A DNA stretch of 63,779 nucleotides, the filler included, from Salisapilia sapeloensis CBS 127946 (lineage: Eukaryota; Protista; Oomycota), in NCBI GenBank assembly GCA_023334545.1. It is 13 parts of 13 records of this genome, joined end to end, with 100 filler letters (N's around TTAATTAATTAA, not from the genome) between each part and the next. Parts side by side here need not be neighbours in the genome. Positions count along the whole stretch, not along the records: positions 20,075 to 22,593 come from JAADVB010000884.1; positions 22,694 to 24,160 come from JAADVB010001135.1; positions 24,261 to 29,732 come from JAADVB010000615.1; positions 29,833 to 34,543 come from JAADVB010000656.1; 9 more parts are not named here. One strand, given 5' to 3'. Under the pieces are notes generated by a model. It did no database searches, was not told where the DNA came from, and saw only the letters and a list, made by a program, of their open reading frames with translations. Below are positions 21,677 to 33,472 of this stretch, piece by piece. The first letter of the stretch is position 1. Every line of letters starts with the position of its first letter. The translations under genes were made by a program, and so were the position numbers.

Positions 21677-22693
21677 CGCTACGCACATTTCGTTCAGTAC
21701 AAAATAAGCATACTATTTGCTTTTATAATTACCATTTTCACCCGTTTTTAAGTACCTTTTAATTATAAAGTAGTAGGTACAAGTCCGGAAAGAGTGCAAA
21801 GGCCACTCCGTGGGGAATTTAGTATGGAATATAAGCTGGCATATTGCAGCAGCCACCTACATCGCCGATCTATGATTGACTCCAGTAGAAAACAAAACAT
21901 ACCTAAAGAAGATAACGTTAATATGAAAGTGTGGAACTAAAAGCAAATTAGCGTCTGAATTTAGAAATTAAGCTCTAGCACCTTGTTGAAAGATAAGACG
22001 ACGGTAGATGTAGGAAGAGCTTCTCAAACAGCAATTGCCCGTTTTATAATAGCAATTCTCTTCTCTTTTGCCACTAAATATTCGTTGCTATTTCCCATCA
22101 TCCACGTAGCTCTCAACTTTTACTTTACTAGTCCCATAACTACTAAATCTAGCGATTGACAAACCAAGGTAGAGTTCTATGGCAATAGCTGCAGATGAGC
22201 TCGTATGCTGATTTATAACCATCGTCTCAGATCTTTTAGGTATATGACATTCCAAATCGTCCACTGGAAAACTCGACGACTCTTCGCTATCTTGCAACGA
22301 CGTAGTTCTTGTAGGTAGCATTTTCACACACCAGCATCCATCTATGCATCTGACTGTACAGCGTAAAAATGTATAAGAAAAGAATGCAAAAATAGATACA
22401 CAATATGCGTGCATTTATACTACAAGCGTGTATCTTCTGGATACGGAAAAGCTGTAACGGGTATGCGCCCGTTACTTTAGGCTAGGTTGTTTCCTTTCTA
22501 CTTTACGGTTTTTAGAGTCCTGTACCCACTTGGTACAGGTTTGTTACATGTTTAGATGACCTACTCACTGTCTGGTTTAAGATATATGTTGTANNNNNNN
22601 NNNNNNNNNNNNNNNNNNNNNNNNNNNNNNNNNNNNNTTAATTAATTAANNNNNNNNNNNNNNNNNNNNNNNNNNNNNNNNNNNNNNNNNNNN

Positions 22694-24160
22694 ACATTGA
22701 CTGCTTCCGAGATCACATCCAACCCCGATGTGAACGTCGTCGACTGGACGGACCACGGAGCTACTGTTCAGATGACGTCTGGCAGTCGGACGTTGGAGAC
22801 GTACCTCGTGACCGGCATGCCGTACGTTACTACCAAGTACTCTGGCGGCGTCACGCCCGTAGTGTCTTCTGCTGCCGCGATCCTGAGTGTCAATGGTAAC
22901 AGCGGAAATGCCCAGTCTGGCTCGACCTTCAAAGTCCAGTACAACAGCGGACAAACGTGGATGGTCTACTCGCTATCGAGCGATGGCTCCTCTCCGAAGG
23001 ACATCAAGTTCAAGATCGATAGTGGAACCACCTTGGTGGCCAGTGGTAACTTCGACGGCATGATCCGTATGGCGCTCGTCCTCGATGACGGATGGGTCTC
23101 GGACTACAACAAGTACTCCACATGTGTCGTCACGGGTGGATCCATCTCCATTAGCAGCGATTCATCCTACGAGTTCAACTGGGACACAACGGGCAACTGC
23201 AACAACGGTATGCTCCACTTTGCCGCACCGCACCACGAAGGAAGACTTTTAGCTACCAAGCGCGACGGTATTGCCATCCCCTCGACGACTCGAGGCGTCT
23301 GGCAAGGCTACACGAGTGGCACGACGTGGAAACTGACCGAGCCACAGGCAGTCCCAGAGGACATGGTTCCAAAGTCGCCTTCGTCGGCCGACGCAGCCTC
23401 GGTAGGACTGCTCGAGAAGCTCCGTGACGATATTAATGCAGCTTGGTCCGTTCCGAAAGATGGAAGTTACTACTTCAACGGCAAGGCAGTCCTCAAGTAT
23501 GCCTCTCTTTGTCTCATTGCCAACGACGACGCTGTCACGGGCGGAGACAAGGGTCTCTTTAACACGTGCATTGAAAAGCTCCGATCGGTCATGCAACCAT
23601 ACCTCGAAAACTCGTGGGCTCACCCGCTTCGATACGATACTGTCTACAGAGGCATCATTAGCTCCCAGGGAATCGCTACGGGTGACATCAATTCGGACTT
23701 TGGCAACACCATGTACAACGACCACCACTTCCACTACGGCTACTGGATCCACACGGCAGCGTTGATCAACCACTTCGACCCGTCTTGGTCTGGCATTCGT
23801 GCGCTCAACACTATGACCGATCTACTCTTGGAGGACGTCGCCAACTTCGGTGAATCGGAAACCGACTATCCTCGCTTCCGCAACTTTGACTGGTTCCGAG
23901 GCCATTCGTACTCGCACGGTGTCACTCCATTTGGTGACGGCAAGGATGAAGAATCTACGTCTGAGGATATCAACTTCTCATACGCCATGTATCTGTACGG
24001 GAAGGTTACTGGTAACGCTGAGATGGAGAAGGTCGGCAAGCTCATGACGCGTCTGAACAGCTATGCGATTCAAACATATTTCCTCATGAAGGACGACAAC
24101 GTGGTCCATCCAGAGGAGTTCAAGCCCAACAAGGTCACTGGTATCTTCTTCGACAACAAG
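22694..24160 (+). CDS. Endo-1,3-beta-glucanase, glycoside hydrolase family 81 (truncated at both ends)
   Basis: GH81 signatures YNDHHFHYGY, FRNFDWFRGHS and GKDEESTSED. Confidence 0.95.
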
Positions 24161-24260
24161 NNNNNNNNNNNNNNNNNNNNNNNNNNNNNNNNNNNNNNNN
24201 NNNNTTAATTAATTAANNNNNNNNNNNNNNNNNNNNNNNNNNNNNNNNNNNNNNNNNNNN

Positions 24261-24401
24261 GGCGTGAGCAGTGTCGAGAGCAGTCCGGCTCAAGTCATTC
24301 AGGAGAGCAAGCCTCCGGAAGAGGAGGAGAGCAAGGAAGAGGCAGAGGGGCAAGCAGATCGGAAGACGGTCAAAGCCAAGCGACTCTCATCGTGGTTCTA
24401 A
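24261..24401 (+). CDS. 3' end of unknown gene that forms the left 141-bp inverted repeat (partner 29592-29732)
   Basis: GVSSVESSPAQVIQESKPPEEEESKEEAEGQADRKTVKAKRLSSWF*, with TAA at 24399-24401; exact reverse complement of 29592-29732. Confidence 0.7.
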   Translation, partial: GVSSVESSPAQVIQESKPPEEEESKEEAEGQADRKTVKAKRLSSWF

Positions 24402-24544
24402 ACATGACGGTTGAATGTATGTATAAAGCAGTTCTTTGCGATTTCAAATTCAAAGAATCGAAAGCTTCTTTTTACCCGTTTTTTATCTTTAGAAAAGTCT
24501 GAGTAGATGACACAGACGAAGGTATGGCTTCATGGAAGGGATTT

Positions 24545-25776
24545 TCACTGTGGCTTTTGCTTGTGCGAGTCCAAAAATTGACTGAGTCGACCATCCGTGG
24601 ATGGAGACAGTGGGTTTGTAAGTGCTTCATGCTGATTGCACCACGGATGGTTCAGTACCTCCCGCATATCGTACCGTTCATCTGGATTTAGCACTAACAA
24701 GTTAGATATAAGGTCTTTGGCATGATCTGAGACATCCTCCCATTCCTCTCCACTAAAGTCATACATGCAGCTTTTAACTCGACTGATGAGCTCACTGTCG
24801 CTACTTTCTCCACTCGGGTCGAAAGGATGATAACCACATAGTCTACATAACTGTCAGACAAAGCTGCGATGTCTACAAGATCCGCAGCATACAGCCAACT
24901 TACAGGATGTAGAGAATGATGCCTAGACTCCATGAATCTACCTTGTAGTCATATCCGAACGCAATGTCGGATCCTTGATTCATCTCTGGTGCCGAGTATC
25001 CCCACGTGCCACACTTGGTCTGGAGCATTGACTGGAGTCCAGCCGTGACTTTAGCTAGTCCAAAGTCCGCCACCTTTACCACTGCTTCTTCATCGTCTTC
25101 CGATGATAGCAAGATGTTCTCTGGTTTTAAATCGCGGTGGACGATTCCATTCCTATTTCCATCAACTATCATCTTGGACATGTACTTTTAAAAACAGAGA
25201 GGTTACTCGTGAAGGTAGTGGATGGCGCTTGCCATCTCGCGTACATGTCGACAGCAAGTGGCTTCGCTGTAGGCTCCTTTGCTCACCAGTCGATCGAAAA
25301 GCTCTCCACCGGTGCATAGCTCTAGTATGAGACACACTTCACTGGCACTCTCAAAGACATCTAGTAGCTCTACTACATTCTCATGCTTCCGCAACTTCCG
25401 AAGCACACGTATCTCCGTCGTTAGGCGCTTCGTGTCGGATAAGAACTTCCGAATGCGCTTCACTGCCACTGGACGCCCCGTTCGCTTGCATCGGCCTCGA
25501 TACACCACAGCATAATGACCACTAGATGCAAAGCACACAATGAGGAACATTGTAGGAATGGTGTGTGCATGCATGGTTGGATTACCGTCCGAGTACGGAG
25601 GACTCGACATGATAGAAGTCTTCAGCTCGCTCGTGAAGCCGCTCATCGTCCTTTTCAAACGAGTTTACTTGATCCCGACCTTCTTCACTTGTTCGTGGAG
25701 ATAATTGGAGCCATATCTGGCGCGAGTTCCGTCGTGAGCTGCTGCCAGTACCTGCGGAGGAGGCTTGACTTCCCAT
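24545..25776 (-). CDS. CAMK-group Ser/Thr protein kinase (4 exons)
   Basis: LGR|GHYAVV, VAVK, ELCTGGELFD, HRDLKPEN, DFG, CGTWGYSAPE, DSWSLG, LCGYHPF; N-terminus MGSQAS. Confidence 0.93.
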
Positions 25777-25927
25777 TATCTCGCGACTCTTGACAAAGAT
25801 TTCAATTATGACCAGAATAGCAACGCACTTGCGTACTTTTATCGTCTTTCTTATGCCCAACGCGGTTAAGAATAGCATTTATCGAGACTTTTCGTATATT
25901 TTAGATAGACTTTTGGAGCACGAAAGT

Positions 25928-28450
25928 ATGGTCGAAATGACCGACAAAGAGGTACTGCCCTTTGCTGCAGAGTATAAGACTGCATTCGCGCAATTCCTTG
26001 CCGACCATTATGCCATTGAAGTTCAGCAACTAGCTGAAACTCTACGTGCAACAAAAGGTTCTGCAAATGGAGTCTCAGACTCGAATCCGGCGGATGCAAG
26101 CGATACTAGCGCGAAGTCGTCGGCCGTTCTAGCTTATTCATTGCAAGTAGATGCACAGCTCTTCGTCGACAGTTGTCCACGCGAATCGACTCTATTATTC
26201 CGTCATCCAGAGCAATTACTACCTCTATTTCACAAAGCACTTGTTGAAAAGCTAAACCAGAGTTCCAATGGGTCCAGCGCTCTTCCCCCTCCCATCCCAC
26301 TGCACACGAGAAATAAGATCAAAGTACGCATCGAAAGTCTCCCGCCTGTATCTCCACTTCACAAGAAAACGATCAGTGCCATCCGATCAAATGATGTCAA
26401 GCAGCTTATTCAAGTCGCTGGTACAGTCGTTCGCACCGGTTTGGTACGTTTTCAAGCAATGCACGATGATGATTCAACGTTACTAAAGTCAAATATGCAA
26501 GATTAAAATGCAGGAAGTCTCTCGTGAGTACCAGTGCATGAATAAGCGATGTCAGTACCGATTCGTCGTATGGGCTGATCCAGAGCAGGGCAATACGCTG
26601 CAGATTCCCGTACGTACCACAGCCTCCACGCTTTTCAAGTATCCTTATCACTCGCATGTAAATAGCAAGTCTGTCCATCAGAAGGTGAAGGCAAGAAGAA
26701 GTGCAAGTCGTCGCAATTTGAGTTTCTTGAACACTCGCGCGTCGTGACGGATCACCAAGTCATTAAAATGCAAGAACAGGTCTCGACATTAGGTGTTGGC
26801 TCCATTCCTCGGTCTATCTTGGTCGTGCTTGAAGGAGATCTCGTCGATACCGTCAAGGCTGGCGACCACGTCATTGTCGTCGGGGTGCTCATTCGCTGCT
26901 GGCAGCCTTGTGTGCGTCATGTCCGATGCGATCTGGAAACACTTGTACATGCCAATAGTCTTCGTGTTCCGAGTAACTCTTCCTCTGGCTCTCACGCTGT
27001 CGCATCAGAAGAATGGAAGAGAGCGTTTTCATCGTTCTGGAGCTCATATACTTCCACTTCGAATCGACTGTCTGTCCTTCGAGGTAGAAATCATCTAGTA
27101 GACTCCATAGCTCCTGGTATCTACGGCATGTTCCTTGTGAAACTAGCAGTCTTGCTCACAGTCATCGGTGGTGTCTCACATACAGACGCCGCCACCGGTC
27201 TTTCCACAAGAGGAGAGCCACATCTTCTTTTAGTCGGTGATCCAGGAACAGGAAAGTCGCAAATACTGCGCTTTGCTTCTCAATTGAGGTCTCGGTCAGT
27301 CTTGACCACTGGCATCGGCTCCACAAGCGCAGGGCTGACGTGTGCAGCAGTGAAGGACGGAGGAGAGTGGATGCTGGAGGCAGGCGCATTGGTCCTTGCT
27401 GATCGAGGAGTGTGCTGCATCGATGAGTTTGGAAGTTTAAGAGCGCACGACCGGACGTCGATCCATGAAGCCATGGAGCAACAGACGCTGAGTGTCGCCA
27501 AGGCTGGTCTCGTCTGTACACTAAATGCTCGATCGACAGTGATTGCAGTGACTAATCCAAAGGGCAGGTACGATCCGATGGCTGACGTGTCAGTGAACAC
27601 ATCCATCGCCAGTCCGTTGCTCAGTCGCTTCGACCTGGTGCTTGTGTTGCTAGATAAACGCAAAGTAGAATGGGATGCACACGTAGCTGACTTTATCCTC
27701 AACCAAGCGACAAAAGACACAGACGTCAAGGACGAGAAGAGCCCTGATGAGCAAGGAGGAGAGTTTGATCCGCTTAATACGTCGCGTGCAGAGAGCACTG
27801 CTGAAGATACGGCAGAAGATAAGAGTAATGGGTCGTGGTCAGCAGCTAAGCTCCAAGCGTATGTAGAGTTTGTCCAGTCGAGGTATTTTCCGTACTTGTC
27901 TGATGAAGCTGTGCTGGTGCTGCAAAAGTACTATCAGATACAGCGCTCAAGTGATGATCGGAGTTTAGCAAGGACGACAGTTCGACTATTAGAAAGCTTA
28001 ACGCGACTTGCCCAGGCACATGCGCGCTTGTTGATGAAGGAAGAGGTGGATGTCGTGGATGCCGTGACAGCCGTGTTTCTGATGGAGGTAGGGAGAGGTG
28101 CAGACGGTCAATCTCCTCTGTTAGGACCTTCTGGAGCTTTGGATGAAGCACTGCAAGCTGCTGCAAGTGACGAAGTTGAAACGGAGTATGCGCTGCAGGA
28201 GTCTCTCGTTTTAGACTACTTGGGGCTAATGCACCTGTCAAGTGGCCAACCACCACCTGCAGAGGATGAGGAGGTAGAAGACGAGTACTCTAGACGGTTC
28301 GCTACTCCAGTGGAAACATCGTACGTCGAGTCGGAGAAGAAACGCAGAAGAGAAACCAGCTATTCCATGCCAAGTCAGACGTCTCCATTTGGTCGATGGA
28401 GTCAGCAGACGGACGAGCAGCGAGAGATTACGAAACGATGGAAACGATGA
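25928..28450 (+). CDS. MCM9: DNA helicase MCM9 (3 exons)
   Basis: Zn-finger exon (YQCMNKRC...CPSEGEGKKKC), Walker A GDPGTGKSQ, CCIDEF, IHEAMEQQT, SRFDL arginine finger; RSVLTTGIGSTSAGLT and RCDLETLVHAN fit MCM9. Confidence 0.88.
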
Positions 28451-28472
28451 AGCAAGTCGGACAGTGTCGAAG

Positions 28473-29184
28473 TCAAAGGTGCATTCGGGAATATAAAAGA
28501 CTTAGTCCATGCTCCTTTTCAAAGGTGGTAATGACGTCAATAATTTCATCATCTAAATTCTTTAAAGCGTCGATCTATCACGTTAAGCGAGATGAGCCTT
28601 ATGGAGATACGAAGATTCTAGGAGGGACGTACGTTTTGACACAATTCGACGGCTAAACTACCTCCGATTTTAGCATGCTCTGGCGTGTCTTTCGTGTCTA
28701 GACATAAAAGATGGACTGCTTTCCAGTCGTCCGACTCGTTCACTCGTAGTTGCATGTCTTCCAACACGATTTCGAAGATCCTGTCGTCGAAGCATACGAT
28801 CACGTCAAGGTTTTGTAGTTCCTTTACGCTCAAATCCTGCCATCTCTGAGGACTAGGCTTGGTCAAGATATCTCTATCAAGCATCGAGATAACACCATTT
28901 CTCCGGAATCTATGCATGTTCTATGAATACATAACGTCGACCCTCTATACAATATGACCGTACAATTCAGGATTTTCATCCAGGAGATGCTGCCGCATGA
29001 CTTCATACGGAGTGTAGAATTCAAAGATGCGAGGTTCGTGACGAGATGGACCTGGGAAACGAACTTTATGCCCAGCACCATAAGAGCACACGCGTAATCC
29101 AGCATCACGCAAATGGTCATGTGCCTCCGTGCTTCGATTCACATTGTTGGCGCAGATCATAGCGAACAACGGGCGAGACTCCAT
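28473..29184 (-). CDS. SSU72: RNA polymerase II CTD phosphatase SSU72 (3 exons)
   Basis: Catalytic CANNVNRSTEAH, VCSYGAG, VRFPGPS, DTKDTPEHA; last exon ends LYSRMHL*. Confidence 0.93.
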
Positions 29185-29591
29185 TTCTTTTCAATTTAAG
29201 ACTACGTTGGAAACAGTGTCTACTTGGGATGCTTTGGTTTGTACTTTGGAGCTGTCGATGCCACAGAGACGGCTACGACACGATTGCCCAAGCCTTGGTT
29301 ATGACTCGATTGTTTTGGTCATTTCGTTCGCACTTAAGCGAATATCGACGCCGCTGTCCGAGTTACCAGAGTTACCAGAGCTACCAGGATTTCCGTTGTC
29401 AGTGTCACTGTAGCAATCATTTTAACATTGAGCTCCTCTGTATTAACACATTCGCAAGACTTTATCAACTACATTCACATGCAGTAGTGTCATACTAACA
29501 TCATACATATGAAAGAGAATCTATGCCTCAGAACCGACCGATACCGTTGTTATTTTCTTATCTGTCACATAGTTCTTTCTAGCTGTACATA

Positions 29592-29732
29592 TTAGAACCA
29601 CGATGAGAGTCGCTTGGCTTTGACCGTCTTCCGATCTGCTTGCCCCTCTGCCTCTTCCTTGCTCTCCTCCTCTTCCGGAGGCTTGCTCTCCTGAATGACT
29701 TGAGCCGGACTGCTCTCGACACTGCTCACGCC
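29592..29732 (-). CDS. 3' end of identical paralog forming the right 141-bp inverted repeat (partner 24261-24401)
   Basis: Direct sequence comparison. Confidence 0.7.
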   Translation of the reverse strand, partial: GVSSVESSPAQVIQESKPPEEEESKEEAEGQADRKTVKAKRLSSWF

Positions 29733-30561
29733 NNNNNNNNNNNNNNNNNNNNNNNNNNNNNNNNNNNNNNNNNNNNTTAATTAATTAANNNNNNNNNNNN
29801 NNNNNNNNNNNNNNNNNNNNNNNNNNNNNNNNAATATCGCTTACTTATTCCATCCACCACTGTACTGTGCCTGTTCCGAAAGAATAGCGAAGGGCTCACT
29901 AGCGCAAGTAAAGCGAAGAGCTCACCAAGTCTTTCGCGCGCTTTTTCAAATGTGCACATTTCGAGCACCAGGCATGCCTTGAAATCTTCTCAAAGATGGT
30001 TTCTTCATGCTGTTATCAAAGACGAACGATCACTTGCTTTTAGATTCCTAGTTTGACGGGAAAGCTGCATGGAAGTGCTACGCTAACTTTCCGATGGCAA
30101 GTGGCAGAGCAAAATCGGATATTCTCAACAAACGTGGAATTGCCTGATTCGATTAATATGAAAAGGGATACAAAAGGCGAGTTCCAAATCATGCTAAGCC
30201 AGTATTCAACGCAGGTACTACTCGAATTTTACTGCTTTTATTTAAAGTGTATGTAGGTAGATGCCTTAGTCATGAGATCTCAATAAGAATCAATGCAAAA
30301 GTTCCAAAGCCGCAAGCAAATTTATAACGTCTCTGTGATTCCATTCCATGAAGACTACTCAATGACTTAAAGGATGACCATTTCGGACATTGAGCGCCTG
30401 GAGATTTGGACACCTGGTTAATTGCACATATCAAATATATGTATTTAGAACCCTCTTTCTATACAACTCCTACAACAACTGAAGTGCATAATATAACTCA
30501 TTGGTGTAAAAGTGAAATTCGGTTTCTTACTCCAAAAATTGGTTCTTTTCATTTTCCAAAC

Positions 30562-33472
30562 ATGAATCGCGTCCAGGACCAGCAGCAGCTTGTTCGGCGT
30601 CTGCGTGACTTTGTAGATGCTTTACGCGACATCGGACTCGCCACGGACGTCGACAAGCCAGTAGAAGACGCCATTCGAGCTCTATGCCAATCTTGCAGTG
30701 TCTCGCCAACGACTGGCGCTCCACAAGACCTCGTGTGGCAGCAAGCACTCGTGCCTACATTGCACAGCCTTGTGGCATGCATGGAGCAGATAGACGCATT
30801 GGAGGTTGGTTGCACATTTATATTGATCACCTACACTAGTTCTAAAGCTAATACAGAGCTGGCAATAGGCAGAGAAGAAAGCGGAGGAGCAGCACAAGCA
30901 TGGACCTGTCCGGCCGGAAGCACCAGCAGGACTTTTAAGTCTGCGAGACTATTCTGTCCTCCAAGCGACGATTGAAGTGCTCTTCTGCTGGTGTGTGCAC
31001 CCTCGTATTGATACAGGCATCCTACCATCCATCGAGAAACGACGTCCGACCAAGACGCTAGCAAGTACGTATCATCGCTCGCATTCTCTTTAGAATAAAT
31101 GGATTGTACTGACATGTACATACAGTTTATAGAAATGTGTTGCAATGGGGGACTGCTCAGTTATGGGACGAGTCAGACCGAGAAGTAGCTTTGCTAGAGA
31201 TCACGAAGACCATGTATCGCGTCCTCTTCCTAGATCAATTTCGACCGATTCTGCTTCCAAAGTACACTGTCGAACTACTAGCGCTCCTTGTGTATGGCAA
31301 GTCAAGCTCGGAATTCTCTGACGAGACTAGGCAAGAGTACGATCGGATACTACAGGACATCTTGCAGACACTACCTCTGCGCTTGAGTATGGGCAGCCTC
31401 CGTGCTGCTCTTGGTCAAGCCGATCGACAGTCTACTCACGACACTGTCATTCGCTTTCGACAAGAATGCAGTTCTTTGCTCACGCAACTTTTACTTAAGG
31501 ACGGCGGCATCTACACGACGATGGAGATGCTGCTTGGTGCGGTGGATGAAGGAAACACACAGGCGCGCATGCAGGTAGCGACTTTGATCTGCCAGTGCCC
31601 AAAGGACATGGAGGATGCTGTGTACGTTCGTAGTCTGTGTCGGCAGCTACAGGAGATCCTGCAGTCTTCGACGCAAAGTAGTAAAGTCATTGGCGAGACG
31701 GCTGCGCTCGTGGCCGACCAGCTCGCTGGAAAGTTTCCTCAAGTATTTATGACCAACTTTATCGTCCCTGTCTTCCACCACCTTTTCATGTACGAAGACA
31801 CGAGACGATCAGTACGTGTAGACGCAAGTGAGGACGAAATAAGCACTTGTATCGCCATGACAGAGCGACTCATGTGTGGTCCCATGCCGTCAAAAGCGCT
31901 CTTGCAGCTACTGACGCATGTCATGCGACCTCTAGCACATATGTACGGCCTAGCTGTCCAGAGCAAGAGCTTCCAACGAAGTCGACTCGAATCCATCCTT
32001 ACAAGTACGTTCTATCCATTTCCTGCAACCTACTACCGACTTGACTAACGCTCTTTGTAGCATACATGCGGCAGTGTCCAGGTGCAGAGGTTGTCATCCA
32101 GCTCTCCGTGCTGCCTGTAGTACCTTCTCTTCCTGATGCATTAGCTGCCTGCGGAGGATACGAACGACAGCAAGAAGAGGAATGGAAACCAGTACGAGAG
32201 TATTGTGCTGGACCTAGCGGTGGTATCGCAATGCGCTCCATCGAGTCTGAACTATCTGCCAAGGAGATTTTACAGAACACTTCCACCGCGTTATCCACGT
32301 TGCTCTGTTCAGACGCTTTCGAAGAGTCGAGTGTTGTGGGCGAACTCTTCTCTTCCCTCCTACTCACTTACATGAAGCTCAAGAATCCTGATGAAGACGA
32401 GACGAATAGTCCCTCCACCTCCTCTGACACTACAATCGCGTACCCTCGACAGTTCTATGCCAATGCAATCGTCCCGACGTCTGCCGATGGCGTCGAGATG
32501 ACACTGCGACTGCTCCTATCGATCATTGAGGCCTTGGGACCTTCCGTAATGCAAAGTGCTGAGACTATTCTCCACTGCATCTCGACCGTCCTATCGGCAT
32601 ATATTGCTCCGAAACAAAAGCTCGTGGACTCTGCACATGACCAGCAGTCGAGTCCAGAGACAGAAGATGAGGACGAGAACGATGAAATGTTGACCATCTG
32701 CCTTGGTGTCGTCATGACGATCCTCGAAGTCGGCAGTACGAACCGAAGTGAAAGCGAAGAGCAGGCACTCAAACAAATGCTCTCTCCACTCGAACAGCTC
32801 TCGCAGGACTCTCGTCCAGAGGTCGCGGACCTCGCGAGCGACTGTTGTGCCAAGATCCTGAGTCGAGGAGCTCCATCAGAAGAGAAGCGTCGCTCCTCCA
32901 GCCAGTCTTTCAAGATTGTCTTGGCGACGGCTCTACAGGACCTCCAGAGCTCCATGGTTCCCATGCGAGCGAGAGTAGTGACACTCACAAAACTCGTGCG
33001 CAGCAGCACAGCGGAGCGTCGAAAGCCCGAGTGGCAGAGCAGAGTGCAGCAGCTACTCGCCATCTTCCTGCAGCAGTTGGAAGACCAGGAGAGCTACGTC
33101 TTCCTCGCAGCTGTGAATGGTCTGTCGTCGCTTGCAGATGCTCATCCGGACGTTGCTATTCCGATGCTCGTAGCTGCGCTAGGAGACAAGACAGCGTCTG
33201 TCGAGAAGCGCATCAAGCTGAGCGAAGCACTCCTCTTCTCCGCTCGCAGATGCAGAGACACGCTGCCTAAGTACGCGTTCAAGTTCGTCCATGCCTACTT
33301 GAGCTGCGTCCAGCCGCCCAAGACGAAGCGGTCAAATAGTCCAAGAGGATCTGCACACAAAGGCCACCGTTGGATGGTGGAACGCCGTTCGGTCACTCAA
33401 TGCCGCGCTCTTGCACTTGAACTCGGACGAGACGCAGCGTTTTCTAGCCTACGCGCTCCCCAAGATCGTTAA
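30562..33472 (+). CDS. TANGO6: TANGO6/RTP1-like ARM-repeat protein, multi-exon, apparently lacking its normal C-terminus
   Basis: LLSLRDYSVLQ, GGIYTTMEMLLG and LQDLQSSMVPMRAR...FLQQLEDQESYVFLAAVNGLSSLA...RIKLSEAL match the RTP1/TANGO6 C1 region. The reading degenerates after about 33310. Confidence 0.75.
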
